Assembly: GCA_041946805.1 (NCBI GenBank)
Contig: JBHGBC010000012.1
Location: forward strand, 1-64,000
DNA: 64,000 nt
Source of the DNA: a bacterium
Lineage (GTDB): Bacteria; Hinthialibacterota; Hinthialibacteria; Hinthialibacterales; Hinthialibacteraceae
Direction of reading: 5' to 3'
Positions within the stretch are counted from its first letter, which is position 1; each line of letters begins with the position of its first letter. Made by a program: the position numbers and the translations under genes. This document shows, piece after piece, positions 30,792-40,176 of the stretch. The notes beneath the pieces are model-generated. The model made no database searches. It had not been told where the DNA came from and saw only the letters and a program-made list of their open reading frames with translations.

Positions 30792-31904
30792 ATGCCTAGT
30801 GAACCCATCCAACCCGTCCAGGAATCGATCCTGCCCGAACCGGCGCCCGCTTTAGCCCATGTGACCCGGGTGCGCGAGGCAGGCACGGAAACCTTGCCCT
30901 TTATTGGCTTGGACCGCAACGAACGGGTGAGTCCCTTCCCCGGTTGGTTTATGGAAAAGCTGCGGGCCGCGCTGACCAGCGGGACGCTCAACCGTTACCC
31001 TTTGCGCGACCGGCTTCACCGGCTGCTAGCCGAATCGTTGCGCCTGCCGGAAGAGAACATACTGCTCACGCCCGGATCGGACGGCGCGCTGAAATATCTC
31101 TTCCAGGCCTATGTGCGGCCGCACGATCCAATCATGATGCTCGATCCCAGTTACGCCATGTATCCGGTTTACGCCCGCATGCACCAGGCCGAGGCGGTGC
31201 TGATTCCCTACCGGCCCGACCGGTTCCTGGACAGGGAGGCCATGCTGGAACGTCTCCAGCCGGGCGTGCGGCTGGTCTTGCTCGCCAATCCCAACCAGCC
31301 GGTGGGGACCTTGATGGACGAATCCCTGCTGCGAGCGGTGCTGGAGCGGGCGCGAGAAATCCGCGCGCTGGTGGCGGTCGATGAAGCCTATTTCCCCTTC
31401 TCGGGTTTCACCGTGGTTCCCTGGATCGAGGCATACCCTCATTTGCTGGTTATCCGCACGTTTTCCAAAGCGGCGGGGCTGGCGGGCCTGCGAATGGGAT
31501 ACGCCGCGGGGCATCCCGAAGTACTCGGCAATTTGTTCAAGGTCCACGCGGCCAACGACATCAACAGCTTCGGCCTCCTGTGCGCGAGCCTGGTGTTGGA
31601 GCATCCGGGCGTGATCGAGGAGTATGTTCGGGAGGTGCGCGCGGGCGGGGAGTTATTGTCGGAGAAAGCCCGCGGGTTGGGACTGGAGCCGCTGCCCTGC
31701 GCGGCGAATTTTCTGCTGATCCGAGTGACGAACCGGTGCTCTCCCGAGCGCTTGATCGATCAATTGAGGATGCGGAAGTATTTGGTCAAGGGGCCGTTTT
31801 CCGCCCCCTGCCTGCAGGGTTGCATCCGCGTCACGCTGGGCCCGCCGGAGATGATGGCCTCCTTCGCCGAGGTGTTGGCGGAGGCCGCCGCGGCGGCGTC
31901 CTGA
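30792..31904 (+). CDS. HisC-like class I/II PLP aminotransferase
   Basis: LDRNE, ANPNQPVG, VDEAY and RTFSKAAGLAGLRMGY motifs. Confidence 0.88.
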   Translation: MPSEPIQPVQESILPEPAPALAHVTRVREAGTETLPFIGLDRNERVSPFPGWFMEKLRAALTSGTLNRYPLRDRLHRLLAESLRLPEENILLTPGSDGALKYLFQAYVRPHDPIMMLDPSYAMYPVYARMHQAEAVLIPYRPDRFLDREAMLERLQPGVRLVLLANPNQPVGTLMDESLLRAVLERAREIRALVAVDEAYFPFSGFTVVPWIEAYPHLLVIRTFSKAAGLAGLRMGYAAGHPEVLGNLFKVHAANDINSFGLLCASLVLEHPGVIEEYVREVRAGGELLSEKARGLGLEPLPCAANFLLIRVTNRCSPERLIDQLRMRKYLVKGPFSAPCLQGCIRVTLGPPEMMASFAEVLAEAAAAAS

Positions 31905-32070
31905 CCGGAGGGATCCGAACCGGCGAGGGGTGGCAAAGATTCCAGCTGAATTCGCAAAATATGATTCCGAATCATTTATCGGCATAAAAACGGCGCTAGA
32001 ATAAGATTACCTTCGCGCTTCTTCGTTATACGGTCCTCACGCGAGTCTTCACGAAAGGTAATCTTGTTCC

Positions 32071-32913
32071 ATGATTCCCACCTGGTCGGACCATCCGGAC
32101 CTGGTGTCCTTTTACACCCGGAACCGGAATCAACCGGAAGATTTATATAAATCCGAAAAGCGCTTTTTACCGGAATTGGCGAAACGCTCGGATTCGGTGC
32201 TCGATGTGGGCTGCGCGGCCGGCGGTTTCGCCCGGATCTGGAGGCACTACAATCCCGCCGTGGCGTACACGGGTGTGGATGTTTCGCGGGCGTTGATCGA
32301 GCGCGCCCGCCAGGAACAGCTGGACCGCGTCCGCTTTGTACAGGGCGACATGAGCGAAGGCCTTTCCCTGCCCGGCCGGTACGCCCACACCGTGCAGGCG
32401 CTGGGATGCCTCCATTGGGAACCGAAATATGAAGCGTCCCTGCGGGAATTGTGGCGGCTGACGGACCGCTTTCTGTTTTTCGACATCCGTCTGGCATCGG
32501 GCTTGGAGGGCGAAATCCGGGGGCGGCAAAAGCTGGAATTGTCCGGCCCCTGGGACGGCTCCACCACGACGCCCTACATCGTGGTGGATTGGGCGGGCTT
32601 CGTGAAATTGATCCGGGGTTTGAATCCCCGAATGATTTTGTGTTACGGCTACATGGGCCATCCCGCGCGGTCGGTGATGCACGTGGAGCGGAGCGTGTGT
32701 TTCGCCGCGTTCGTTCTGGAGAAACGGAGACAGGTTGAGGACGGCGTTCCCACGTCGGTGTGCCTCGACCTGCCTTTTGCCTGGCCCGCGGGGATGCCGA
32801 AAGAGGTGATCGTATTGCCCCCGCCGTGCCTGGACGGATTGTTACGGGGATCCTGGAAGCCGGTGACGCCCGGCCGGGAGATGTTGGACGGTTTTTCGGT
32901 GAGCGCGTGTTGA
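32071..32913 (+). CDS. Class I SAM-dependent methyltransferase
   Basis: VLDVGCAAG and YTGVDVS motifs. Confidence 0.82.
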   Translation: MIPTWSDHPDLVSFYTRNRNQPEDLYKSEKRFLPELAKRSDSVLDVGCAAGGFARIWRHYNPAVAYTGVDVSRALIERARQEQLDRVRFVQGDMSEGLSLPGRYAHTVQALGCLHWEPKYEASLRELWRLTDRFLFFDIRLASGLEGEIRGRQKLELSGPWDGSTTTPYIVVDWAGFVKLIRGLNPRMILCYGYMGHPARSVMHVERSVCFAAFVLEKRRQVEDGVPTSVCLDLPFAWPAGMPKEVIVLPPPCLDGLLRGSWKPVTPGREMLDGFSVSAC

Positions 32914-33010
32914 TTTTCTAGACCGGGCCGCCTATAAATACCCGGGAGCCGGCGCCCGGCCGGTGGAATGACATCGTGATTGGATGCAACCGAGAGGGGG
33001 ACACGCATTC

Positions 33011-33760
33011 ATGATTCCGGCCTTGATGATTGGACGCGAAGGCAGCACCGGATTTCCCGGCAAGAATCTCTATCCGGTTTTAGGGCGGCCGTTGTGCGCC
33101 TATCCCTTGCTGGCGGCGAAACAAAGCCGCGGCGTGGACCGGTTGTACGTCTCCACCGATTCGCCCCGCATCAAGGAAATCGCCCGCGAGTACGGGGCGG
33201 AAATCATCGAGCGGCCGCCGGAGCTGTGCACCGCGGCGGCGTTGGGGGAAGACGCTTTCGCCCACGGGTACCGCGTGATCCGGGACCGCCTGGCGGAACA
33301 AGGCCAAAGCGTGGAGACGATCGTCCTGCTCTTCGCCAACGTGGCCACGGTGACCGGCGAATTGATCGACCAGGGGATCGAAATCCTGCGGAACAATCCC
33401 CAGTTCGATTCGGCCACCAGCGTGTCGCGTTACAACATGTGGAGCCCGCTGCGCGCGCGGCGGTTGCTGGAAGACGGCTGCCTGCATCCCTTCGTACCCT
33501 TCGAGACGTTCGGCGATCCCGCCACCCTCAATTGCGACCGCGATTCGCAGGGCGATGTCTATTTCGCCGACATGGGTGTTTCCGTGGTCCGCCCCCATTG
33601 CCTCGAACATCTGGAACAGGGGCTGCTTCCCCAAAAATGGATGGGACAGAAGATCGCGCCCATTCCCTCGTGGGGCGGCTGCGATGTGGACTACGAGTGG
33701 CAGATCCCGGGCGTGGAATTCTGGCTCAAGAAGCATGGGATCGAACCGGCCAGCGTTTGA
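33011..33760 (+). CDS. Acylneuraminate cytidylyltransferase-like protein (NeuA family)
   Basis: GREGSTGFPGKN, VSTD, IERPPEL and DVD motifs. Confidence 0.85.
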   Translation: MIPALMIGREGSTGFPGKNLYPVLGRPLCAYPLLAAKQSRGVDRLYVSTDSPRIKEIAREYGAEIIERPPELCTAAALGEDAFAHGYRVIRDRLAEQGQSVETIVLLFANVATVTGELIDQGIEILRNNPQFDSATSVSRYNMWSPLRARRLLEDGCLHPFVPFETFGDPATLNCDRDSQGDVYFADMGVSVVRPHCLEHLEQGLLPQKWMGQKIAPIPSWGGCDVDYEWQIPGVEFWLKKHGIEPASV

Positions 33761-33799
33761 AACACACCATTTCATTTCTTCCTCTTCCATCGCATCCCG

Positions 33800-35710
33800 A
33801 TGAACAACAACCACGTTGTTTCCTCTCCCCCCCGTTTAATCCGGATCGTCCAATGCGGAGCGGCTCCGGAACGGTGGAAAGCCGGTATGCCGTTCGAGGC
33901 TCCCTGGACCTGGATGTATGTGGGAACCGATACCAGCCGGTATGCCGCATTCCTCCACGAGCTGCCGGCGCATTGGGAGCGCATCAACACCGGTGAACAG
34001 ATCAACCGCATCGTCCGTGAACACGAGGACGCCTTCATCAACGTAGATCAAATCGTGGACCGGAGGGGATTCGATCCGTTTTGGCTGACCACGGATCTGG
34101 CCGAACGCAATCCCTATACCTCGCATTTCATCTACCATGCCTGCGCCCGCCTGGTGTACGAAGCGGCGCTGCGGGAACGCCGGGACAACCTGCTGGTGTT
34201 CGTGGAAGATTGGTATCTGGGCTTCTCGTTTGCGCGCAGGGCGAAACAACAAAGACATAACACGGCGTTTATATCCACTCACGCCCGGCGGGACCACCTT
34301 CCCGGTTGGGCGGCGTTGTTCTGGCACCGCGTGGAGCAGTGGATCCTGGGCCTGCGCGGCCGGATCCGGTTTCTGCTCGATCACGCGAAACAACGGCGTG
34401 TCATTCACCGCCTGCGCCGCGAAGTTGGACAAATGCCGTCGGCGCGGCCGGACCGCCTCGATACCCTCTTCGTGCTCTGGGCGGATGAGAATACGTTCCC
34501 CGCGGACCGCCCCTCGGACACGGATTTATTTTTCGGCCCCCTGCCCGCGCGGTTCCGGGAGCGGGGAGACCGGGTGGGTTTCCTGGCCAAGCCCATGGCC
34601 TGGGTGCGGGCATATGAACGGATCGCGTACAACGCGGCCACGGCCAAGGATTGGGTGCTGCTGCCGGAGGAATGCGTCAGCCTGGCCGGGGCGGCGGCCA
34701 TCGCCCTGCGCACCTGGTTCCACGCTTACCGTCTGCGGGGCCGGCTGGTATTGGAGGGAGTGGACCTGACCGATTATGTTTGGGAAGAGATCCGCATCGA
34801 CCGGATGAAGATCCGGCAATGCCGCGCGCTGATCTACGCCGGCGTGGGACGCTATTTGCGCCGGTTGAATCGATGCCCGGCGCGCGTGCTGTTTCCCCTG
34901 GAATGCCAGCCGTGGGAAAAGGCGTTGCGGTACGGATTTCATGTGAATTGCCCCGATACGAAGTTCATCGGCCATCAACATTCCACGATTCCCGAATGCT
35001 GGTACGGATTGTTCCCTTCGCGGCAAGATATCCAGGACCGCGTGATCCCGCAGCGGATCGTGACCTGCGGCCGTGTCTGGAAAACCATTCTCGAACGCCA
35101 CGGTTTGCCAAGCGCGTGCCTGCGCGTGGGCCCCGCGTTCCGGTTTCCGCATTTGCACGCGTATCCGGCGCGCGCGCTGGAAGTTCCCCGGCCGTCCACG
35201 GTGCTGCTGGCGCTTTCCATCGGATTCAATGACTCGCTGGAATGCGTCATGAAAACCCTGGCGGCGCTGCGCGATGAAACCGGCCTGCGCGTGTGGATCA
35301 AGTTCCATCCCCGCATGAGCGGATCGCCGGAACAATGCGTGGAAACGGCGGTGAGAGCTTTGCATCTCGGCGCATTGCCGAAACATGTCCAAATCACCCG
35401 CGAGCCGGTGACGGAACTCCTGCCCCGTTGCGGCGTGTTGCTCTACAGCGGGACCACGGTAGGGCTGGAAGCCTTGGCGCTAGGGGTTCCGGTGATCCTC
35501 GTGCAGTCGGATTTGTGGTTCGACATGGACATCCTCTTCTTCGCGCCGGGATCCCAAACGCGGGCGCGGACTCCGGAAGCCATCCGCACGGCGGTGCGGC
35601 GGGCGTTGGGAGAACCGGGGACTACAACACAGATGGCGGGCGGCCTGGTTCTGGATACCATCTTCACGCCCGTGACCGAAGATTCGATCCGCGTGTTTCT
35701 GGAGGAATGA
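33800..35710 (+). CDS. Surface carbohydrate biosynthesis protein, possible GT-B fold transferase
   Basis: 636 aa with ECQPWEK, GHQHS, IKFHP and TTVGLEALALGVPV segments. Confidence 0.55.
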   Translation: MNNNHVVSSPPRLIRIVQCGAAPERWKAGMPFEAPWTWMYVGTDTSRYAAFLHELPAHWERINTGEQINRIVREHEDAFINVDQIVDRRGFDPFWLTTDLAERNPYTSHFIYHACARLVYEAALRERRDNLLVFVEDWYLGFSFARRAKQQRHNTAFISTHARRDHLPGWAALFWHRVEQWILGLRGRIRFLLDHAKQRRVIHRLRREVGQMPSARPDRLDTLFVLWADENTFPADRPSDTDLFFGPLPARFRERGDRVGFLAKPMAWVRAYERIAYNAATAKDWVLLPEECVSLAGAAAIALRTWFHAYRLRGRLVLEGVDLTDYVWEEIRIDRMKIRQCRALIYAGVGRYLRRLNRCPARVLFPLECQPWEKALRYGFHVNCPDTKFIGHQHSTIPECWYGLFPSRQDIQDRVIPQRIVTCGRVWKTILERHGLPSACLRVGPAFRFPHLHAYPARALEVPRPSTVLLALSIGFNDSLECVMKTLAALRDETGLRVWIKFHPRMSGSPEQCVETAVRALHLGALPKHVQITREPVTELLPRCGVLLYSGTTVGLEALALGVPVILVQSDLWFDMDILFFAPGSQTRARTPEAIRTAVRRALGEPGTTTQMAGGLVLDTIFTPVTEDSIRVFLEE

Positions 35711-35776
35711 CCGGCGTATGGATTTTCCACACCCATGACTCCCCCAAGATATGTTCTTTATCTCCGAGTTCCGCTC

Positions 35777-35949
35777 CGGGAGGGCGAACCTCCGGGTGAG
35801 CCGTGGGAGACAATGGGCGTCCCGGAATCATCCGGCTCGGCGGGAGCCTCGCCCTCCCGTTCGAAAGCGAGGTATTTCTTACCGTCGAAGGATACTCACA
35901 TGAACAAGGTTTCTTCCCTCACCCCGGCCCTCTCCCAAAGGGAGAGGGA
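35777..35949. repeat. Inverted REP pair plus a family A copy
   Basis: CGGGAGGGCGAACCTCCGGGTGAGCCG (35777-35803) and CGGCTCGGCGGGAGCCTCGCCCTCCCG (35833-35859). Family A at 35916-35949. Confidence 0.8.
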
Positions 35950-36045
35950 GTCATGCCGTGTTCCAATCCTTACGCATAGCACGAACACAGAATTGAGAAA
36001 GCGTTGGGATCAGGAAAAAAATGGCCCGTATTTTTCACCACGAAC

Positions 36046-37005
36046 ATGAATCCCACCGTCAGCGTATTCATGACCGTGTACAACGGCGAGAAATTTCTGC
36101 GGCCTTCGATCGAAAGCCTGCTGGAACAGACCTTCACGGATTTCGAACTGGTGGTGGTGGACGATGGATCCACGGACGCCTCGGCGGATATCGTCCGGAA
36201 CCTCCAAGACCGCCGCGTCCGGTTGATTCAGCCGGGCAAACACATCGGGCGGACGCCGGCCTTGAACGTGGCCATCCGGGCGGCCCGGGGGACCTACGCG
36301 GCCTGCCAGGACGCCGATGATTTCTCGCGGCCGGACCGCCTGGAGCGGCAAGTGGCTTTTTTAAACGAGAATCCGGACGTGTGCGTGACCGGCGGCTGGT
36401 GCGATTACGTCACCGAAGACGGCCGGCCGGTGCGCACCGCCGCTCCACCCGAATCGCATGCCGAGATCGTGGATTACAGCGTGAAAGATTCGCCTTTCAT
36501 CCATTCCACCGTCATGTTCCGGCTGCGGCCCATCTTGGATCTGGGAGGCTATCCGGAAGAGTATATCTTCGCCCAGGATTGCGCCCTGTGGCTGAAGGTG
36601 ATCCGGGAATATCAAACCGCCAATCTCCCCCGCGTGTTGGCGAAACGGCTGATCCACCCGGAGCAGCTGACTCAGGTCCCTGAACTCTCGACCCTACGCA
36701 CGGCAGAAAAGATCCGCCTGCTGCGTTTCGCGGGGACCCACCCCGGCCTGTCGCCCCGGGCGCGGCGCGCCGGCCGCCGGGCCCGGGCCGAGGCACTCCT
36801 GCGGCACGCGGAAGCCTTGTCGGAGGACCGCCGCCAGGGCGAGGCGCTGCGGTTCCTGGCGCGATTTATTTCCCTGCACCCGGACGCGTGGATCGTCAAC
36901 GCGTCGCATCTGTGGCATATTGGACTCACCCTGCTGGGGCCCGCGGGCCGCCGCCGGGCGCTCCAGGTGCAACAATCCATCCGTTCCCGGTTCACGGTTC
37001 ACTAA
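36046..37005 (+). CDS. Glycosyltransferase family 2
   Basis: VSVFMTVYNGE, VVDDGSTD and DADD motifs. Confidence 0.92.
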   Translation: MNPTVSVFMTVYNGEKFLRPSIESLLEQTFTDFELVVVDDGSTDASADIVRNLQDRRVRLIQPGKHIGRTPALNVAIRAARGTYAACQDADDFSRPDRLERQVAFLNENPDVCVTGGWCDYVTEDGRPVRTAAPPESHAEIVDYSVKDSPFIHSTVMFRLRPILDLGGYPEEYIFAQDCALWLKVIREYQTANLPRVLAKRLIHPEQLTQVPELSTLRTAEKIRLLRFAGTHPGLSPRARRAGRRARAEALLRHAEALSEDRRQGEALRFLARFISLHPDAWIVNASHLWHIGLTLLGPAGRRRALQVQQSIRSRFTVH

Positions 37006-37007
37006 TC

Positions 37008-38891
37008 ATGTGCGGCATTGCTGGTATCCTTCATCTCGATTATCAAACGCCGGCCGACGCGTCGCAGCTGGCCCTCATGAACCAGGCCCAGCATCACCGG
37101 GGGCCCGACCAGGAAGGCGTCTGGTGCTCCGGCCCCGTGGGATTGGGACACCGGCGGCTGTCGATCATCGATCTCTCCGAGGCGGCCCGGCAGCCGCTTT
37201 TCAACGAAGACGAGACCCTGGCGCTGGTCTTCAATGGGGAAATATACAATTATAAATCTTTGCGGGAAGCATTGATCGAACGGGGCCACCAGTTTCGCTC
37301 GCAAAGCGATTCGGAGGTGATTCTGCATCTGTATGAAGAACGCGGAATCGAATGTCTCCAGGCGTTGCGCGGGATGTTTGCCTTCGCCGTATGGGATCAA
37401 TCCCGGCAACGGCTTTTCTTGGCGCGGGACCGGATCGGGAAAAAGCCGCTCAAGTACTACCAGGACGGGCGGCGTTTCGTGTTCGCGTCGGAGCTCAAGG
37501 CGATTCTGCAACTTCCCGGCATCCCGCGTGAGGAAGATCCGCTGGCGATTCACCATTACCTGACCTTCGGCTATTGCCCCGCGCCTCTCACGGGACTTCA
37601 AAATTTCCAGAAACTCCCGGCGGGGTATTACCTGCTGCTGGAGAAGGGGGAGATCACCCGGCGGCGCTACTGGCGGTTGACTTACGCCGTCAAGGAAAAT
37701 CGAAGTGAAGAAGAATGGTGCGAGGCGATCCTGGAGCGGCTCTCGGACGCGGTGCGGGCCAGGCTGATCAGCGATGTGCCGCTTGGCTGTTTCTTGTCGG
37801 GCGGATTGGATTCGAGCACCATCGTGGCCTTGATGGCGAAGCTGCAGTCCGAACCGGTGCGCACGTTTACCATCGGCTTCACCAACGCCCGGCGGGATGA
37901 ACGTCCCTACGCCCGCGTGGTGGCGGAACGGTTTTCCACCCGGCACGAAGAGTTCCTGGTCGAGCCGGAAGGCATGGCGGTGTTTCCGGAGCTGGTGCGC
38001 CTGTATGAGGAACCCTACGCCGACTCCTCCGCGCTGCCCAGCTATTACCTGGCGAAGATGGCGCGGGAGCATGTCACCGTGGCGCTGAACGGCGACGGGG
38101 GCGATGAAAATTTTGGAGGCTACGACCGCTATACCCGCTACGAGAGAAACCGGAAACTCGTTCAATTCCTCGCGCCCCTGGGCGTCCGGCGCGCGTTGGA
38201 CCTGGCGGCGCGGCTGCGGATCCTGCCAGCGAAAGCGAGGTACCGGGCGGCCGTGGGACGGGGGCTGTTCGATCCGGATCCGCTGGAGCACTACCTGGCT
38301 TATGTAACCTTTTTCAACGCCTGCGCCCGCCGCGAACTCTACACGGACGATTTTTGGAACCAGGTGTCCGGGCCGGATCCGGCCGAGATCTACCGCGTGT
38401 TCTGCGAATCGCACGACGCCGGCGAAGAAGACGTGGAGCGTTGGATGTACGGCGATTTCTCATGCTATCTGCCCAATGATCTGCTGCCCAAGGTGGACAT
38501 CGCCGGCATGGCTCATTCCTTGGAGTGCCGCTCGCCCTTGTTGGATCACGAGTTTTTGGAATTCACGGCGCGGATTCCCCTGGCATTGAAAATCCGCAAT
38601 GGGGAGAAAAAATATATTTTCAAGAAGGCGATTGAAAAAATCCTGCCGGAGGCGATTCTCCACCGCCCCAAAAGCGGATTCGGCATTCCCATCCATGAGT
38701 GGTTTTCCGGCCCCATGAGCGAAACCGCCCGGCGCTATCTGCTGGATCCCCGCGCCCTGGCCCGGGGGAGCTTCCGCCGGGAGTATCTGGAGCAACTGCT
38801 GGAGTGGCACGACCGCGGCCTCCCGCAAGGATACGTATTGTGGTTGTTGATGTGCCTCGAGGAATGGAGGCGGCAGTATATCGATCCATGA
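37008..38891 (+). CDS. asnB: Asparagine synthase-like glutamine amidotransferase (glycan amidation)
   Basis: MCGIAG, HRGPD, RLSIID, NGEIYN, LSGGLDSS and GDGGDE motifs. Confidence 0.93.
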   Translation: MCGIAGILHLDYQTPADASQLALMNQAQHHRGPDQEGVWCSGPVGLGHRRLSIIDLSEAARQPLFNEDETLALVFNGEIYNYKSLREALIERGHQFRSQSDSEVILHLYEERGIECLQALRGMFAFAVWDQSRQRLFLARDRIGKKPLKYYQDGRRFVFASELKAILQLPGIPREEDPLAIHHYLTFGYCPAPLTGLQNFQKLPAGYYLLLEKGEITRRRYWRLTYAVKENRSEEEWCEAILERLSDAVRARLISDVPLGCFLSGGLDSSTIVALMAKLQSEPVRTFTIGFTNARRDERPYARVVAERFSTRHEEFLVEPEGMAVFPELVRLYEEPYADSSALPSYYLAKMAREHVTVALNGDGGDENFGGYDRYTRYERNRKLVQFLAPLGVRRALDLAARLRILPAKARYRAAVGRGLFDPDPLEHYLAYVTFFNACARRELYTDDFWNQVSGPDPAEIYRVFCESHDAGEEDVERWMYGDFSCYLPNDLLPKVDIAGMAHSLECRSPLLDHEFLEFTARIPLALKIRNGEKKYIFKKAIEKILPEAILHRPKSGFGIPIHEWFSGPMSETARRYLLDPRALARGSFRREYLEQLLEWHDRGLPQGYVLWLLMCLEEWRRQYIDP

Positions 38892-40030
38892 GCACGGCCG
38901 CGCGGGACAAGGAAACGGCGGACATCGCGCTGATTATCAGCACGCTGGGCGCGGGGGGCGCGCAACGGGTGTTGACCAACCTGGCCAACACCTGGACGCG
39001 GCAGGGGCGGCGGATCTGCGTCATCACCCTGGCAGGCGGAGACCGTTCGTTTTATGCGCTGGACCCGGCCGTACGCCACCTTGTGGCTGGAGGTCTTGGC
39101 GAATCCAGAAACCTTCTGAAAGCCGTTTCCGCCAATCTCCGGCGGATCCGGGGATTGCGGCGCGCCCTCCGCGAGTCGGGCGCTCCCCTGGTGGTGAGTT
39201 TCGTGGGAACCACGAATGTCCTGACGATTCTAGCCTGCCGAGGGATGAAACGCCGCGTGGTGATTTCCGAACGCAGCGATCCGGCGCGCGAATCGTTGGG
39301 GAAGGCGTGGAATTTCCTGCGGCGGATCACGTACCGCTTCGCCGATCGGATCACCGCCAACAGCCATGGCGCGCTGGACACGCTGGCCCACTTCGTTCCC
39401 CGCGCCAAACTCGCCTATGTGCCCAACCTTCTCACCTTGCCGGAAACGAGCGGCAAGGCCATCCCCTTGCAGAACCTCATCCTCGCGGTGGGCAGCCTGC
39501 GGCCCGACAAGGGGCATGACATCCTGCTCTACGCTCTCGCCAAGGTGCGGGACGAATTTCCCGAGTGGAAACTCGCCCTGGTGGGGGAAGGACCGTGGCG
39601 CGCGCATTTGGAAAACCTGGCCCGGCGCCTGGGGATCGCTGATCCAGTGATCTTCTACGGGCAGCGGGAGGATGTGTTTTCGTTCTATTCCACGGCGCGG
39701 ATTTTTGTGTTGCCCTCGCGGCGCGAGGGCATGCCCAACGCCTTGCTGGAAGCCATGTGTTGCGGCCTGCCGTGCGTGGTGAGCGACGCCTCGCCCGGCC
39801 CCCTGGAATACATCGTGCCGGAACAGACCGGCCTGGTGGTTCCCGTGGAGGATCATCTGGCGCTGGCCGACGCACTGCGGCGTCTCATGGCGGATGAAGC
39901 GCTCCGCCTCCAGCTGGGCCAAAAAGCCAGGGAACGGGTGGAGGAATTCACTCCCGCCCGCGCGCTTCCCGTATGGGAAGACGTTTTGGGACTGAAACCG
40001 GTCAACGCACTGGCCGGCAGGATGTCTTGA
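38888..40030 (+). CDS. Glycosyltransferase family 4
   Basis: GGAQRV, KG and SRREGMPNALLEAM motifs. Confidence 0.92.
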   Translation: MSTAARDKETADIALIISTLGAGGAQRVLTNLANTWTRQGRRICVITLAGGDRSFYALDPAVRHLVAGGLGESRNLLKAVSANLRRIRGLRRALRESGAPLVVSFVGTTNVLTILACRGMKRRVVISERSDPARESLGKAWNFLRRITYRFADRITANSHGALDTLAHFVPRAKLAYVPNLLTLPETSGKAIPLQNLILAVGSLRPDKGHDILLYALAKVRDEFPEWKLALVGEGPWRAHLENLARRLGIADPVIFYGQREDVFSFYSTARIFVLPSRREGMPNALLEAMCCGLPCVVSDASPGPLEYIVPEQTGLVVPVEDHLALADALRRLMADEALRLQLGQKARERVEEFTPARALPVWEDVLGLKPVNALAGRMS

Positions 40031-40176
40031 AACGCGGCGCTTTCCCATAACCAATAATCGCCACGGAACCATACGCCGCCCGCGGTTTGGCGAGAGTTGA
40101 AGCAAGCCGGCTGAATTCCTCCCCATCTTGCCATGCCAGTCCACAGAGACAGGTTTTTATGAATCTGAAGCCGGCC

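Noticed and set aside
36888..37007. Upstream extensions in the ORF track (asnB 36888, GT4 38699, 27103, 28041, 52885, 57169, 41917)
   Set aside because: Motifs and gene overlaps support later starts. AsnB needs its N-terminal Met-Cys at 37008.
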